This document shows, in pieces, positions 21,140 through 31,194 of a stretch of 64,000 bases of DNA. Made by a program: the position numbers and the translations under genes. Below the pieces are notes generated by a model. The model made no database searches. It had not been told where the DNA came from and saw only the letters and a list, made by a program, of their open reading frames with translations. Origin of the DNA: Clostridia bacterium (GTDB lineage: Bacteria > Bacillota > Clostridia > JAAYHZ01); assembly GCA_050950825.1 (NCBI GenBank), contig JBMNIH010000003.1:1-64000 (forward strand), in the 5' to 3' direction. Numbering within the stretch: the stretch's first letter is position 1; each line of letters opens with the position of its first letter.

Positions 21140-22402
21140 TTATGCTTCCTCCACCGGTACGATGTACAGGCCTCTGTGTCCTTCATAAACGCTGTCAAAG
21201 CAGATATATTTTCCATCCCTGCTCCATCTGGGATGCAGATCGCACCTTGTATCGTTATCATATTTGAATGGAGCAAACACTTTTGCTATCACTTTTTCCG
21301 GCTTCATCGGGTCTTTGTCGGAAAACAGTTTGATCTCCGCGATCCTTGCCCTATCCGGATAAGTGTCAGTTACGATCAGAGAAAGATCCGGAGAATAACT
21401 TGGATGGCCGTCAACAAAAGTCTTTGGAATCAGCTGTATATAATCATTCGTCTTATCTTGCATCAGATAATAACCCGGCCCAGTTTCTTTCTTTCCCTCG
21501 AAAGCCAGAATGTGCTCATCATCCTTCCAGCAGCAATGAGAAACCATATCATCATCATTCAGCAGATACATTTCCGTCCCATCTATGTTACAAGTGATCA
21601 GTCTGGAAAATTTTCTCGAGCCGTTAAACCATCTATACAGAACCATGAAGCGCTTCCCATTGGGGCTAAGCATAATATGATTCACCTTATGAACCGAACC
21701 TTCTGCCCTCATTTCCTCTCTAGGTTGAAAATTAGCAAAATCAGTATACTTGAGCAGCGGTTGGACATTACCTGTCTCTAAATCAATCTTCCAAATCGCA
21801 GTTGTATCTGGCAGAGCATTTCCCTTCGTCTTTTCTTCCACGTTATAGTAGCCATATCCAGGACGCAAATTGTACAGTCTACTGAAATCAAGCGTAAGTG
21901 CTGTTTTTCCGTCCTGCGATACAGTATAAGATGCCGCATTTATTACACTCTCCGTCCCGTCTGACACATTCTTGATTACTGTAACGTAGGCACCATCTCT
22001 GTAGTCGTTAAACAAAATCTTAGAAGAAAAGTCCGGGCCAAGCCACTGAAGCATACATCCCTGCTGCACGTTCCATGACCTCGTATCCGCCAGCTTTTTC
22101 ACATCGCCCGTTTTTGTGTCAATTAGAATAATATCCGCCTGTTCCTTCGGTGAAACATCACTCCATGTATCATTTGCTCTTAAGCAAATCATGTATCGAC
22201 CTGTAGCATCCCACGGAGATTTATCATAGTATCCAAAAAAGTATTCCTTTTTATCGTTAGGGGAAACCCGTATAATATTCCCTTCCGATTTTATTTTGGG
22301 AGAAATAGCATACATTCCCAACTGGTACAATCTTTTGACGATTACTTTTAAGTGCGGGGCATACTGATTCAAAACATGTGCAACATTCTGTTCTAAATTC
22401 AT
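21140..22402 (-). CDS. Beta-propeller protein (TolB/oligogalacturonate-lyase-like)
   Basis: YFFGYYDKSPW, DGHPSYSPD, RCDLHPRWSRDG. Confidence 0.6.
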   Translation of the reverse strand: MNLEQNVAHVLNQYAPHLKVIVKRLYQLGMYAISPKIKSEGNIIRVSPNDKKEYFFGYYDKSPWDATGRYMICLRANDTWSDVSPKEQADIILIDTKTGDVKKLADTRSWNVQQGCMLQWLGPDFSSKILFNDYRDGAYVTVIKNVSDGTESVINAASYTVSQDGKTALTLDFSRLYNLRPGYGYYNVEEKTKGNALPDTTAIWKIDLETGNVQPLLKYTDFANFQPREEMRAEGSVHKVNHIMLSPNGKRFMVLYRWFNGSRKFSRLITCNIDGTEMYLLNDDDMVSHCCWKDDEHILAFEGKKETGPGYYLMQDKTNDYIQLIPKTFVDGHPSYSPDLSLIVTDTYPDRARIAEIKLFSDKDPMKPEKVIAKVFAPFKYDNDTRCDLHPRWSRDGKYICFDSVYEGHRGLYIVPVEEA

Positions 22403-22408
22403 TTGTTT

Positions 22409-23233
22409 TTACCCCTTCTTAATGATCTTATATATTCTTTCATAAGCAGATACTGGGAGAATCATTGACACAATCATTGCAAGATCAATATATATTACAT
22501 CCCAAAGTGAGCATTGCTTTCTTTTAAATATTCTTTTCTGAATTATGATTCTAGCTTTACAGCTTTCCCGGCTTTTATTGCGTCTCATCATGTTTTCACC
22601 GGTACGGTAGTACAAAAGCACTTCCGGTAAATTACATGCAGCGTGTCCGTTATAAATGATCTTGGAAAACAAGTCATAGTCCTGGCTTCTTGTCAGAATC
22701 GGATCATATCCGCCGCATGCATCAACTACATCCTTTTTAAACATGACCGTTGGATGTCCAAATGGAGAATTCCTGCGTAATTCCTTAATTATTTCGCCTT
22801 CGGTGTACGGGTGGGCATGCACTGTGGGGGAAACATCCTCTATCGTTCTGGTAAAATATTGAGTGTCAGTACCTATCAGGGCTAAATCTGGCCGTTTTTC
22901 AAATTCTACTATTTGCCGTTCACACCTTTGGGGTAAGGAATAGTCATCACTATCCATTCTTGCAACAAGATTGTTCCGACAGACTTTCAAGCCCTCATTT
23001 AACGCAGTTGGTAAACCGCAATTCTTTTCGAGCTTTACTATCGTGAAGAGTCCAGGTGCTCTTTTACTGTATTCTTGTACAGTTCCTTCCAATTCGTCGG
23101 AAACTGGACCGTCAAATACAATTACAAACTGATCCGGTTTATGTGTTTGGTTAAGTATACTGTCAATACTTAAACAAAGGTAATCCTTACGATCCTTATA
23201 GTACACGGACATGAGAACGCTGTAATTAATCAT
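22409..23233 (-). CDS. GT2 glycosyltransferase (AmsE-like)
   Basis: YSVLMSVY, ARMDSDD, HPTVMF. Confidence 0.88.
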   Translation of the reverse strand: MINYSVLMSVYYKDRKDYLCLSIDSILNQTHKPDQFVIVFDGPVSDELEGTVQEYSKRAPGLFTIVKLEKNCGLPTALNEGLKVCRNNLVARMDSDDYSLPQRCERQIVEFEKRPDLALIGTDTQYFTRTIEDVSPTVHAHPYTEGEIIKELRRNSPFGHPTVMFKKDVVDACGGYDPILTRSQDYDLFSKIIYNGHAACNLPEVLLYYRTGENMMRRNKSRESCKARIIIQKRIFKRKQCSLWDVIYIDLAMIVSMILPVSAYERIYKIIKKG

Positions 23234-23757
23234 TTATTCATCCTTACCTGTGAACACAATTTATACACACCGTATGCTCCATCTGAATCAGCAACCATCT
23301 TATGACTCTTGTCATTGATATTTATTCGCATGATTAATTTGAACCCATTCTTTTCACTGGCTTTAATTGAGGGTATATTATTCAGCTCTATATAATCATA
23401 TGCATTTTCAAATGTGATGCCCGATTCGTTTAGCACATAATTCAGCAAGATATTGGAATAGCCTTTCCCTCTGTATTTTTTATCAATGTAATACGGTCCG
23501 ACTATAACATCATGCTTCCCAGCAAAAAAATAATGCGGGCTTTTTGCCGTTAGTATTAAGCAATATCCTATGTAATCATTTCTCTCTTTTAAGTAATATA
23601 TTCTATACCCCCCCCACAGGGCAATTTGGCTAAACAGTTTAATCTTCGTTGAAAAATAGACCTTTTTCATGTAAAACGGGAACAAGCGAAACAAAGTTGG
23701 GGTATATTCATAAAGCTCTAGTGCCTGATCTGAGTATACTAATTTCAAGGCAATCAA
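23230..23757 (-). CDS. GNAT-family acetyltransferase
   Basis: YRGKGYS acetyl-CoA loop; NIPSIKASEKNGF. Confidence 0.75.
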   Translation of the reverse strand: MIALKLVYSDQALELYEYTPTLFRLFPFYMKKVYFSTKIKLFSQIALWGGYRIYYLKERNDYIGYCLILTAKSPHYFFAGKHDVIVGPYYIDKKYRGKGYSNILLNYVLNESGITFENAYDYIELNNIPSIKASEKNGFKLIMRININDKSHKMVADSDGAYGVYKLCSQVRMNK

Positions 23758-24947
23758 CGCTCCCTTTTTTTCATTTCCTTTCTATACCTTCCAAGTGCTT
23801 GAAAAGAGAAAGCAAAGAAAGGCAGCGGATCAGCCCAAGACCATATCTGATCAGTAGTTCTTTTCAAACTGAACCATGAAGGATTGGCCTTAAATCGATC
23901 GGATGACTTTATAAACCACAACAAATCCGTGTGCAGGCAGCGAAGGCGAACATCATCTTTATATTCGTTCTCAGGTGTAACTTTTTCTTCGCGATACAAT
24001 TGAAGGATTTGTCTGGCAACATTTATTCCCGCTGCAAAGCAAATCTTAACGTTAGCAGATATTCTTGCGTTTATTTCTATGACCTTGACAACCCCATCCC
24101 TAGGGTCTTCCATAAGATCCAAATCACAGTATCCAACCCATCCAATGGTTTTTAAGAGCTTTTCACATGATGAAAGAATATCCTCATTATGAATTGTTCT
24201 ACATAATGTGCTGGCACCACCGTCCAAGGGAAACCATCGACACTTTTCTGTCAGGACAGCAGATTTAACATTGCTGTATCCATCCATTACAAAATGTGCA
24301 TTATATTGTCTCCCTGTTTGTGGAATGAACTCCTGTACCAACACATCCCCAAGGTTTTCTGAATGCACCTGGTCAATATATCGACCAAGGCACTCCCTGT
24401 TCTCAGCTATATGAAGACCTATAGATCCGCAGGAACTCCGTGGCTTCAGTAACACTGGGTATGATAATTCATATGGCACATCATCTATTGTTTCTATTGC
24501 ATCCAATGTCCGGGGGCATGGAATACCGTTTTTCATGCAAACCTTCATTGTATTGAGTTTATCAAACGCCTGCATGAACACGGGATAATCGTTAGTGGCA
24601 ATCCTGGTTCTGGATGCTTTTTCAACCTCTTCTTTATGCTTTGCAAAGATACCAGCTGAAAAATCTGAAAGTGGTATGACTAAATCGATTGATTCTCTCT
24701 TCAACAAATCCAAATAAAACTTTGTTGCGATCTCCTCGTTCGTATCAACACCTTCGACAACGTATTTCTTATCTGCATACCTTGTCTTATTTCCCAGATC
24801 TGATTTATGTTCCTGTACAGTAATTATACGGCATCCAAGCGCAGAAAGCTCTTTAGCCATAGGTAATACTTGTCTGCCTGATGCCTCTGGCAACAGAACA
24901 GTAAAACAATCTAAGGATTGCTTTTCATGCAAGCCTTCACTTCCCAT
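23754..24947 (-). CDS. ATP-grasp ligase
   Basis: DKLNTM, PVLLKPRSSCGSIG, VQEFIP, IEINARI. Confidence 0.85.
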   Translation of the reverse strand: MGSEGLHEKQSLDCFTVLLPEASGRQVLPMAKELSALGCRIITVQEHKSDLGNKTRYADKKYVVEGVDTNEEIATKFYLDLLKRESIDLVIPLSDFSAGIFAKHKEEVEKASRTRIATNDYPVFMQAFDKLNTMKVCMKNGIPCPRTLDAIETIDDVPYELSYPVLLKPRSSCGSIGLHIAENRECLGRYIDQVHSENLGDVLVQEFIPQTGRQYNAHFVMDGYSNVKSAVLTEKCRWFPLDGGASTLCRTIHNEDILSSCEKLLKTIGWVGYCDLDLMEDPRDGVVKVIEINARISANVKICFAAGINVARQILQLYREEKVTPENEYKDDVRLRCLHTDLLWFIKSSDRFKANPSWFSLKRTTDQIWSWADPLPFFAFSFQALGRYRKEMKKRER

Positions 24948-25564
24948 GGAATCTTTACCTCTTTCTTTGAAAGAACAGAATAAATAGTTATTACAGTCCT
25001 TATAATAATCTTTAAGTCATAAATCAAACTTTTATGATTGATATAATACAATTCAATATTTAACTTTTGGGGAACGAATTCTCTTTCATAATCTTCTTCA
25101 TTCTCATATCGTTCTCCAACAGCATAATCGTATAAGCTCGCAGGACTGCTCAGACCAGGCTTCACACTAAGTATCTCTTTATACTTCCCCACATACAGTT
25201 TATCTGCATTAACCTTATCCTCTGGACGTGGACCTATTACCGACATCTCGCCTTTAAGGATGTTAATTAGCTGGGGCGTCTCATCAAGTTTGCTATTTCT
25301 TAAGAAGGCACCGAACGGAAATATTCGTGGGTCGCCCCGTAAAGTTGTGGCATGGATTGCACCGCTATCTACTCGCATGGACCGAAACTTGTATAGTGTA
25401 AAGGTTTTTCCATCTTTGCCTACACGCTCAGGCTTGAAAATCACTGGTCCAGGAGATTGAATCTTTATTACTATGCTAATGATCAACCACGGAATCAGGA
25501 AGACCACAGTAGCCAAAAGCGCCGCGATAATATCGAAAACTCTCTTTACAACTCTATATCCCAT
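24911..25564 (-). CDS. Priming undecaprenyl-phosphate glycosyl-1-phosphate transferase (intact)
   Basis: KRVFDI, YKFRSM, LDETPQLINILKGEMSVIGPRP. Confidence 0.92.
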   Translation of the reverse strand: MGYRVVKRVFDIIAALLATVVFLIPWLIISIVIKIQSPGPVIFKPERVGKDGKTFTLYKFRSMRVDSGAIHATTLRGDPRIFPFGAFLRNSKLDETPQLINILKGEMSVIGPRPEDKVNADKLYVGKYKEILSVKPGLSSPASLYDYAVGERYENEEDYEREFVPQKLNIELYYINHKSLIYDLKIIIRTVITIYSVLSKKEVKIPWEVKACMKSNP

Positions 25565-25573
25565 ACAACCGTC

Positions 25574-26257
25574 CTACTCTATCGATCTAAGCAGAATAAA
25601 ACTCTCTGCCGATAACAACCCCACACGATTTCCTTCTGCAGTGTCAGCCGTCCTCAAATACTCGACGCTCCTTGGATGAGGGTACTCCCGAAGTTCTGTC
25701 TCATAGCATTCCATTGCTCTGTACTTTTTCTCAGCAAACTCCCCACTTATATCCTCATACCAGTTAGGCAGGAAAACATTTGTTGCGGTTTGTACATTCC
25801 ATTCAGTTGATGAGGGGACTGAGTAAAGAAAAAGCCGTTTTACACATTGTTCTGATACCGGTCTGCACGCAACTAATGTTGATTCATAAACCCTTCTGTG
25901 ATCCTTATTAACGTCACCTATAAAGTGAGTGAAAACCACAGAAGGTTGAAAATCATTGATGGCATTTTCGATTACCCTGTTTATCTCTATATGCGGGGTC
26001 ACGTCCAGTCTCATATCAGGAAGCTCACCGTAAAATACATGCTTCACGCCAAGCACAGCCGCGCAGTTGGACGTTTCCAGTTTCTTCTCTCTTATAATGT
26101 CCTGCAGTTTAGGATCATTCCGATACTGCGATGTGCTACCATCCGTAACAATGAGGACAGCAACTTCGTCACCGCGAGATGCATACTTTGCGATTGTTCC
26201 ACCCATCCCAAGTACTTCATCATCAGGATGTGCCGCTATAACTAAAACCTTTTCCAT
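25574..26257 (-). CDS. PIG-L/LmbE-family N-deacetylase
   Basis: AAHPDDE..GMGGT; DVNKDH. Confidence 0.9.
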   Translation of the reverse strand: MEKVLVIAAHPDDEVLGMGGTIAKYASRGDEVAVLIVTDGSTSQYRNDPKLQDIIREKKLETSNCAAVLGVKHVFYGELPDMRLDVTPHIEINRVIENAINDFQPSVVFTHFIGDVNKDHRRVYESTLVACRPVSEQCVKRLFLYSVPSSTEWNVQTATNVFLPNWYEDISGEFAEKKYRAMECYETELREYPHPRSVEYLRTADTAEGNRVGLLSAESFILLRSIE

Positions 26258-26272
26258 TATCGGGCTCCTAAA

Positions 26273-26515
26273 CTATAGTCTTTTTGATACTATCGAGTCT
26301 AATGATTCAACCGATCCTTTATTTATTGTTGTAACTGCGTCTTCAATGATGGTTGCAATATCATGCGGATTCTTCTTTGATTTCAGGAGCTTATCTTTTG
26401 TTCGGTGTGAAAGGCTTTGAGGTATCAATTCTTTTGCTCCACTGGGCAGATGCGCTTCTTCCCATATCCTTTCCCACAATTCTTCAAACGTCATTTTCGG
26501 TGCCCTCCATGGCAC
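26273..26515 (-). CDS. Small hypothetical protein
   Basis: ORF in operon orientation with GGAGG RBS before MTFEELW. Confidence 0.55.
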   Translation of the reverse strand: MPWRAPKMTFEELWERIWEEAHLPSGAKELIPQSLSHRTKDKLLKSKKNPHDIATIIEDAVTTINKGSVESLDSIVSKRL

Positions 26516-26916
26516 TAATACTTAGAATCCCGTTCAACATTTTTGCCTACTCCTAATGTAATCCAAAAACCAATCAGAGCCCCAACTGTATTGCAGATAA
26601 CATCATCGATTTCTGCCCACCCAAGGTTGAAATAAAACTGTGTGGCTTCAATTAGGCAGGAGAAAGAAACTGTGCTAAAAAGCACCCACAGCCATTTCCT
26701 TTTTGGAAATAAAAAGCCAAAGGGAATGAAGAACAAAACATTGTTGATGAACTGAATGAATTCCTGTTTTCCTTCTGGTTTTCCCTCTGCTAGTGCCTTA
26801 AATGCCCAGAATAGTTCGGGCTTGATAACCCGCGGTATTTGACGGGTGTCTCGACTTAATATTGTGTGCCAAAGGATAAATACACAGTAAGTTATGAAAA
26901 AGACTACCTCATTCAT
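26515..26916 (-). CDS. vanZ: VanZ-family membrane protein
   Basis: NVLFFIPFG, IEATQ, DDVICNTVG. Confidence 0.85.
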   Translation of the reverse strand: MNEVVFFITYCVFILWHTILSRDTRQIPRVIKPELFWAFKALAEGKPEGKQEFIQFINNVLFFIPFGFLFPKRKWLWVLFSTVSFSCLIEATQFYFNLGWAEIDDVICNTVGALIGFWITLGVGKNVERDSKY

Positions 26917-27133
26917 ATGCAGCAGATGCCAGATTTTCTATCTACGCACCTCATGCATATGCAGCAGATACATATCTACAACCCTGATGCATATCCAGCC
27001 GACATGGCATTTTCGTATCTACAAACCTCAGTCATATTCAACCGATGCAGATGTACAGACCTAATGCATGCTCTGCCGATACGGCTTCAAGCCGGTATCT
27101 CCCTATCTACGCCCTCAGTCATGCCCAACCAAC
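26904..27133. repeat. Degenerate tandem array of about six ~30-bp units with variable spacers
   Basis: Recurrent ATCTAC-N2/3-CCTCA.. CATAT.CAGC.GAT. Confidence 0.7.
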
Positions 27134-27134
27134 A

Positions 27135-28394
27135 TTACAAAAAACACCTATGAATAATCTCAATAATCCTATCCTGCTGCTCTTCCGTCATCTTGTTATC
27201 GCTGGGAAGACATAACCCTCTACGGAAAATATCAGCCCCTACGTCGATTCCAGAGCCCTTTATGTAAGCATTTGTACGGCCTCTGCCATTCCCCTCAACT
27301 GTGACAAACGGGTTGGTCCGGTATATCGGCTGCATATGCATGGGCTTCCAGATCGGTCTGCCTTCTGCATTATACTTTGCAAGTGTTTCAAGAATCTCCG
27401 TAGGACAAGTCTTGCCCTTTTCGGATATGTAAAGTGCCTTTGAGTCGTCTCTGACCTGCTTGCACATATAATCCTTGTCGATGATCATAGCAGACAGCCA
27501 ATAGTTCGGCTCAGTGCTGTCCATGATCGGATTCATCTGCACAGGTAAGTCCTTAAACCCGTCACGATAACGCTCATAGATTTCCTTTTTCTGTGCGATG
27601 TGTTCCTCCAAATAAGGATATTGACCACGCACAACACCAGCGATCACATTGCTCATGCGGTAGTTATAGCCGACTTCTTCATGCTGATACCAGGGGGCGT
27701 TTTCTCTTGCTTGTGTTGACCACTTGCGAGCTTTGTTTGCAACCTCAATATCATTGGTCAGCAAACAACCACCTGCAGAACCAGTAATGATCTTATTGCC
27801 ATTGTAGCTAATAGCCGAATAATCACCGAAAGAACCGCACTGTCTGCCATGAATGGTTGCTCCCATCGCTTCGGCTGCATCCTCAATCAGAAGCGCACCG
27901 TGCTTCTCGCAGATTTCCTTAATTAAATCCATGCGTCCGGGGAAACCGTAAAGTTCCGCAGAAACAACCAATTTTACATCGGGATACATTTCAAACGCTT
28001 TTTCAAGTGCCACAGGGTCCATATTCCATGATTCCGCTTCTGTGTCGATGAACACGGGAATACCGCCCTCATAAACAACAGGGTTTAATGTGGCATCAAA
28101 AGTCATGTCGGAGCAGAATACTCGCTTACCCTCTAAAGCTCCATGACTGATTGCAGGTTTGCCGTAAAGTGTTTCGCCTGCGTGTTTTACTGCTAAATGA
28201 AGTGCAGCAGTACAGCAGGACAGAGCAACGGCATATTTCATCTCTGCTTTTTCAGCAGCGATCCTTTCAACTTCGTTGATATTTTCGCCAACTGTACTCA
28301 TCCAGTTTGTATCATAAGCCTGCTGAACATATTTCATCTCATCACCGTGCATTGTCGGTGTAGCAAGCCAGACCTTTTTCTCAAACTTCTCCAT
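27135..28394 (-). CDS. DegT/DnrJ PLP sugar aminotransferase (PglE/EpsN-like), copy 2
   Basis: EDAAEAMG, SYNGNKIIT, GYNYRMSN, LCLPSD. Confidence 0.92.
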   Translation of the reverse strand: MEKFEKKVWLATPTMHGDEMKYVQQAYDTNWMSTVGENINEVERIAAEKAEMKYAVALSCCTAALHLAVKHAGETLYGKPAISHGALEGKRVFCSDMTFDATLNPVVYEGGIPVFIDTEAESWNMDPVALEKAFEMYPDVKLVVSAELYGFPGRMDLIKEICEKHGALLIEDAAEAMGATIHGRQCGSFGDYSAISYNGNKIITGSAGGCLLTNDIEVANKARKWSTQARENAPWYQHEEVGYNYRMSNVIAGVVRGQYPYLEEHIAQKKEIYERYRDGFKDLPVQMNPIMDSTEPNYWLSAMIIDKDYMCKQVRDDSKALYISEKGKTCPTEILETLAKYNAEGRPIWKPMHMQPIYRTNPFVTVEGNGRGRTNAYIKGSGIDVGADIFRRGLCLPSDNKMTEEQQDRIIEIIHRCFL

Positions 28395-28414
28395 ATATCA
28401 AATCCTCAAACTCA

Positions 28415-28978
28415 TCAGTTGTATGCTTCGCGGATTTTCTGTGCTTCTTCATAACTTTCAATGGTACGCCGCATCTCAACTACACAATGCGGTTCGACAT
28501 ATGCACCCGTTTTTATGATGCTATAGTTTTCACAGCAACATCCTTCTGCAACAACGCTGTTATGATTGATCAATGCCCCCATTTTGATGATGGAGCAGGC
28601 ACCGACTGAAACATTGGAATTAACTCCTGCAAGGGGTTCGATGATGCAACCTTGATTGATCTGTGCAGAGGGAGATACATATGCTTTAGGGGAAATCAGA
28701 GAAATAATCGCAAATCCGGATTCAATCAACTTGTCAGACCATGCCAATCGTGTATGCGAATCCCCAAATGCAGCAACGGCATAACTATATGTGCCCGCAA
28801 ATTTTTCGTAATCATCCAATTTGCCAATACTAATTTCGTGGTACTCTCCCTCAGCTTCCGGTATGCCAAAGTGCTGATTCAGCACATCAACTTTTTCAAA
28901 GCATCCCATCGACAAAGCAATCTCCTTGACCACCGTCCCGTAAGCACTATCACATAATATCAACAAGTTCTTGTTCAT
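28415..28978 (-). CDS. PglD-like hexapeptide-repeat sugar acetyltransferase
   Basis: LISPKAYVSPSAQI..GCIIEP hexapeptide repeats. Confidence 0.75.
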   Translation of the reverse strand: MNKNLLILCDSAYGTVVKEIALSMGCFEKVDVLNQHFGIPEAEGEYHEISIGKLDDYEKFAGTYSYAVAAFGDSHTRLAWSDKLIESGFAIISLISPKAYVSPSAQINQGCIIEPLAGVNSNVSVGACSIIKMGALINHNSVVAEGCCCENYSIIKTGAYVEPHCVVEMRRTIESYEEAQKIREAYN

Positions 28979-29006
28979 TTGATATTCCACCTTTCATAAT
29001 CGCTCT

Positions 29007-30797
29007 TTAATCATCTCTCGGCATACACCCATTACAGAGGTGTTCATCACCGCCCATATCGTCATACACAGTCCCGCAGAGTTCGCATACATAATGCTCA
29101 TTCTCATAACCGCAATAACAGCATTTTCCGATTGGTAATAAATCTTCGGTGATAGACACACCATCCTTGCCACATTCTTGGCAGGCAAAATCCGCAACAG
29201 GAGAAGTGCCGCCGTGTCTGCCGCATTCGTACTCCATAGCTGACACTTGTTTCACGTAAGGGTTCAAATCTTCTTCAATATACGCAATCAAATCTTCAAG
29301 GAAATCGTGAATCTCAGTATCGTCATATTCCGAATCGCTGTCAGCAACACAAAGACCTTCTTCGCCCTCGTGTCCTTCGCCGTTGTGGTAAGCACACTCA
29401 GCCTTTGCAATTACATCCTCACCGTGCTTCGCTTCAATGGTCAAATAACTTGATGTGTCCATGTCATCATCGACCACAATCGAAACGAAAAGGGTTAGCT
29501 TATCATCAGATGCATTGCTTGTTACCGTGAATACTTTAGTTGTTCCGTCTTTCACGGGCGTTTCCATATCGGAAACCTCAAAGCAAGGATCATAATGATA
29601 CCGATCCGAAACGGTATCATACAGCTCGGCTACAGTCTGACAAAGCAGTTCGTAAATTTCATCTTCATCACGGATTTCAACCCCCGTCTCTCCGAAGATA
29701 CGATCACGCCAATACTGTTCATCGTATTCGTCCTGCTCTTGCTCATACTGCCAAGTATCAAGAAGTTCCTCTGAAGCGTTCATTCGCTCAAACTGCTCAA
29801 GTGCTTGTGTTAGAGTAGTTTCAAAAACCGACAATTCATCGTGCATCTTCTTGAAAGCAAAGAATGTCAGTAGCTTGTTATGCGCTGTGTGATTACGAGC
29901 CTTGATAAACTGATTGAGCTGCTTCTTGAATTGCTCCGAATCAGCGAAATACTGTGAAAACACATCATTCCACAGATTGATTTTTGTCTCACGTTTTTTC
30001 TCTACAAATTCTTTTGCCGCTTGTTCGTTGCGCTTTTCCAAATACTGATACAATCTTGTGAGTTCAGCGGAAGTTAAAGTAGTATTTTCTTTATAGATTA
30101 CCGCTTTCAAAATAACCTTTGAAAGTGTTTCCAAGGTCATTGACAAGAGGGACGTATTGATGTTAGCGAACTGCGGAACAATCTGCTTGAACGAGTTTTC
30201 CATGCTGCATACAGAATCCTTGTACTGTTCCAGACCGGGACGGTCAAGCCAGTTCTGTCCCAAATGCTGGATAAGCACTTTGTTTGCATACGCACGGAAC
30301 TGATTTTCTATTTTGAAAAAACGATGATAGAGATCAGCTCCAAGCATTTCGGATTGATCATCAATCAACCATGTACAACCTTGCCAGTCTTTGCTGACCC
30401 GATCTTTCAAAGCAAGTTTCAACGCTTCCAAAGTCTTGTTGTACCTTGTCTCAAAATCGGGATTTTCTATAATAGGAGATTCAATTTCGATGTGCAGTTG
30501 GATGTTGTCATCCTCACGTTTGTCAAACACGAAGAAAACATCGTATGTCATGCCGCTTATTGTAAGTTGATACACTTCACGGGAAATACGTTCTCGGCAA
30601 CCAAGATACTTATATTCTGTAAATCCGGATAAGCAGGATTTCACATCAGCGAGAATCGCTTCGCTGTATTCCTTTGAACGCCTTATCTCCACTGTGATCG
30701 CATCTTCACCACCGAAAGGCGACTCTCCAACCTCATCCGTGCAAGCATACAGAAGGCTTGTATCATTGGGAGAATTGAACATAAATTTAATTGTCAT
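29007..30797 (-). CDS. HEPN-domain protein with acidic region and C-terminal Zn ribbons
   Basis: IENQFR and RNHTAH (RxxxxH); four CxxC pairs at the C-terminus; AGGAGG RBS. Confidence 0.65.
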   Translation of the reverse strand: MTIKFMFNSPNDTSLLYACTDEVGESPFGGEDAITVEIRRSKEYSEAILADVKSCLSGFTEYKYLGCRERISREVYQLTISGMTYDVFFVFDKREDDNIQLHIEIESPIIENPDFETRYNKTLEALKLALKDRVSKDWQGCTWLIDDQSEMLGADLYHRFFKIENQFRAYANKVLIQHLGQNWLDRPGLEQYKDSVCSMENSFKQIVPQFANINTSLLSMTLETLSKVILKAVIYKENTTLTSAELTRLYQYLEKRNEQAAKEFVEKKRETKINLWNDVFSQYFADSEQFKKQLNQFIKARNHTAHNKLLTFFAFKKMHDELSVFETTLTQALEQFERMNASEELLDTWQYEQEQDEYDEQYWRDRIFGETGVEIRDEDEIYELLCQTVAELYDTVSDRYHYDPCFEVSDMETPVKDGTTKVFTVTSNASDDKLTLFVSIVVDDDMDTSSYLTIEAKHGEDVIAKAECAYHNGEGHEGEEGLCVADSDSEYDDTEIHDFLEDLIAYIEEDLNPYVKQVSAMEYECGRHGGTSPVADFACQECGKDGVSITEDLLPIGKCCYCGYENEHYVCELCGTVYDDMGGDEHLCNGCMPRDD

Positions 30798-31194
30798 GAC
30801 CTGCCTCCTTCTTCTGACATTTTGTTTCGATATGAAACATCCAAACTATAATAAAAGTCTGGATACCTTCGTACCACAGACTACATAAACCTCTATTGCA
30901 TTGTATCTATCCGATAATCCGGTTTTTATGTAGTCATATCTTGTAACACATTTTCCTTTATAGCACGACGAATAGCCGAGTGATGATGCTCTCATCCTCG
31001 GCTAATTCAACCTCCTTATCAAATTTTGTGCGCTTATCAGATTGGGTCAAAATAAGCAATCAAGAAGCCATTTTGACTATTCAAAGGCTGTTTGCCGCCC
31101 TTTCCAATCTCGCACAAAACCTCATAGCGAAATTGAATTAACCGTGACAACCCTTGAAAAATCAGCATTATTCTTGGTTGTCTCTATTATACCT

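Noticed and set aside
26904-27133. CRISPR array
   Set aside because: Repeats degenerate, spacers 4-24 nt and irregular, no cas genes in the window
26866-27153. 95-aa plus-strand ORF
   Set aside because: Antisense to the operon and a by-product of the repeat array
31122-31194. C-terminal RGIIETTKNN... as a real part of the sugar transferase
   Set aside because: Read-through into foreign junction DNA; the conserved GPRP half is absent
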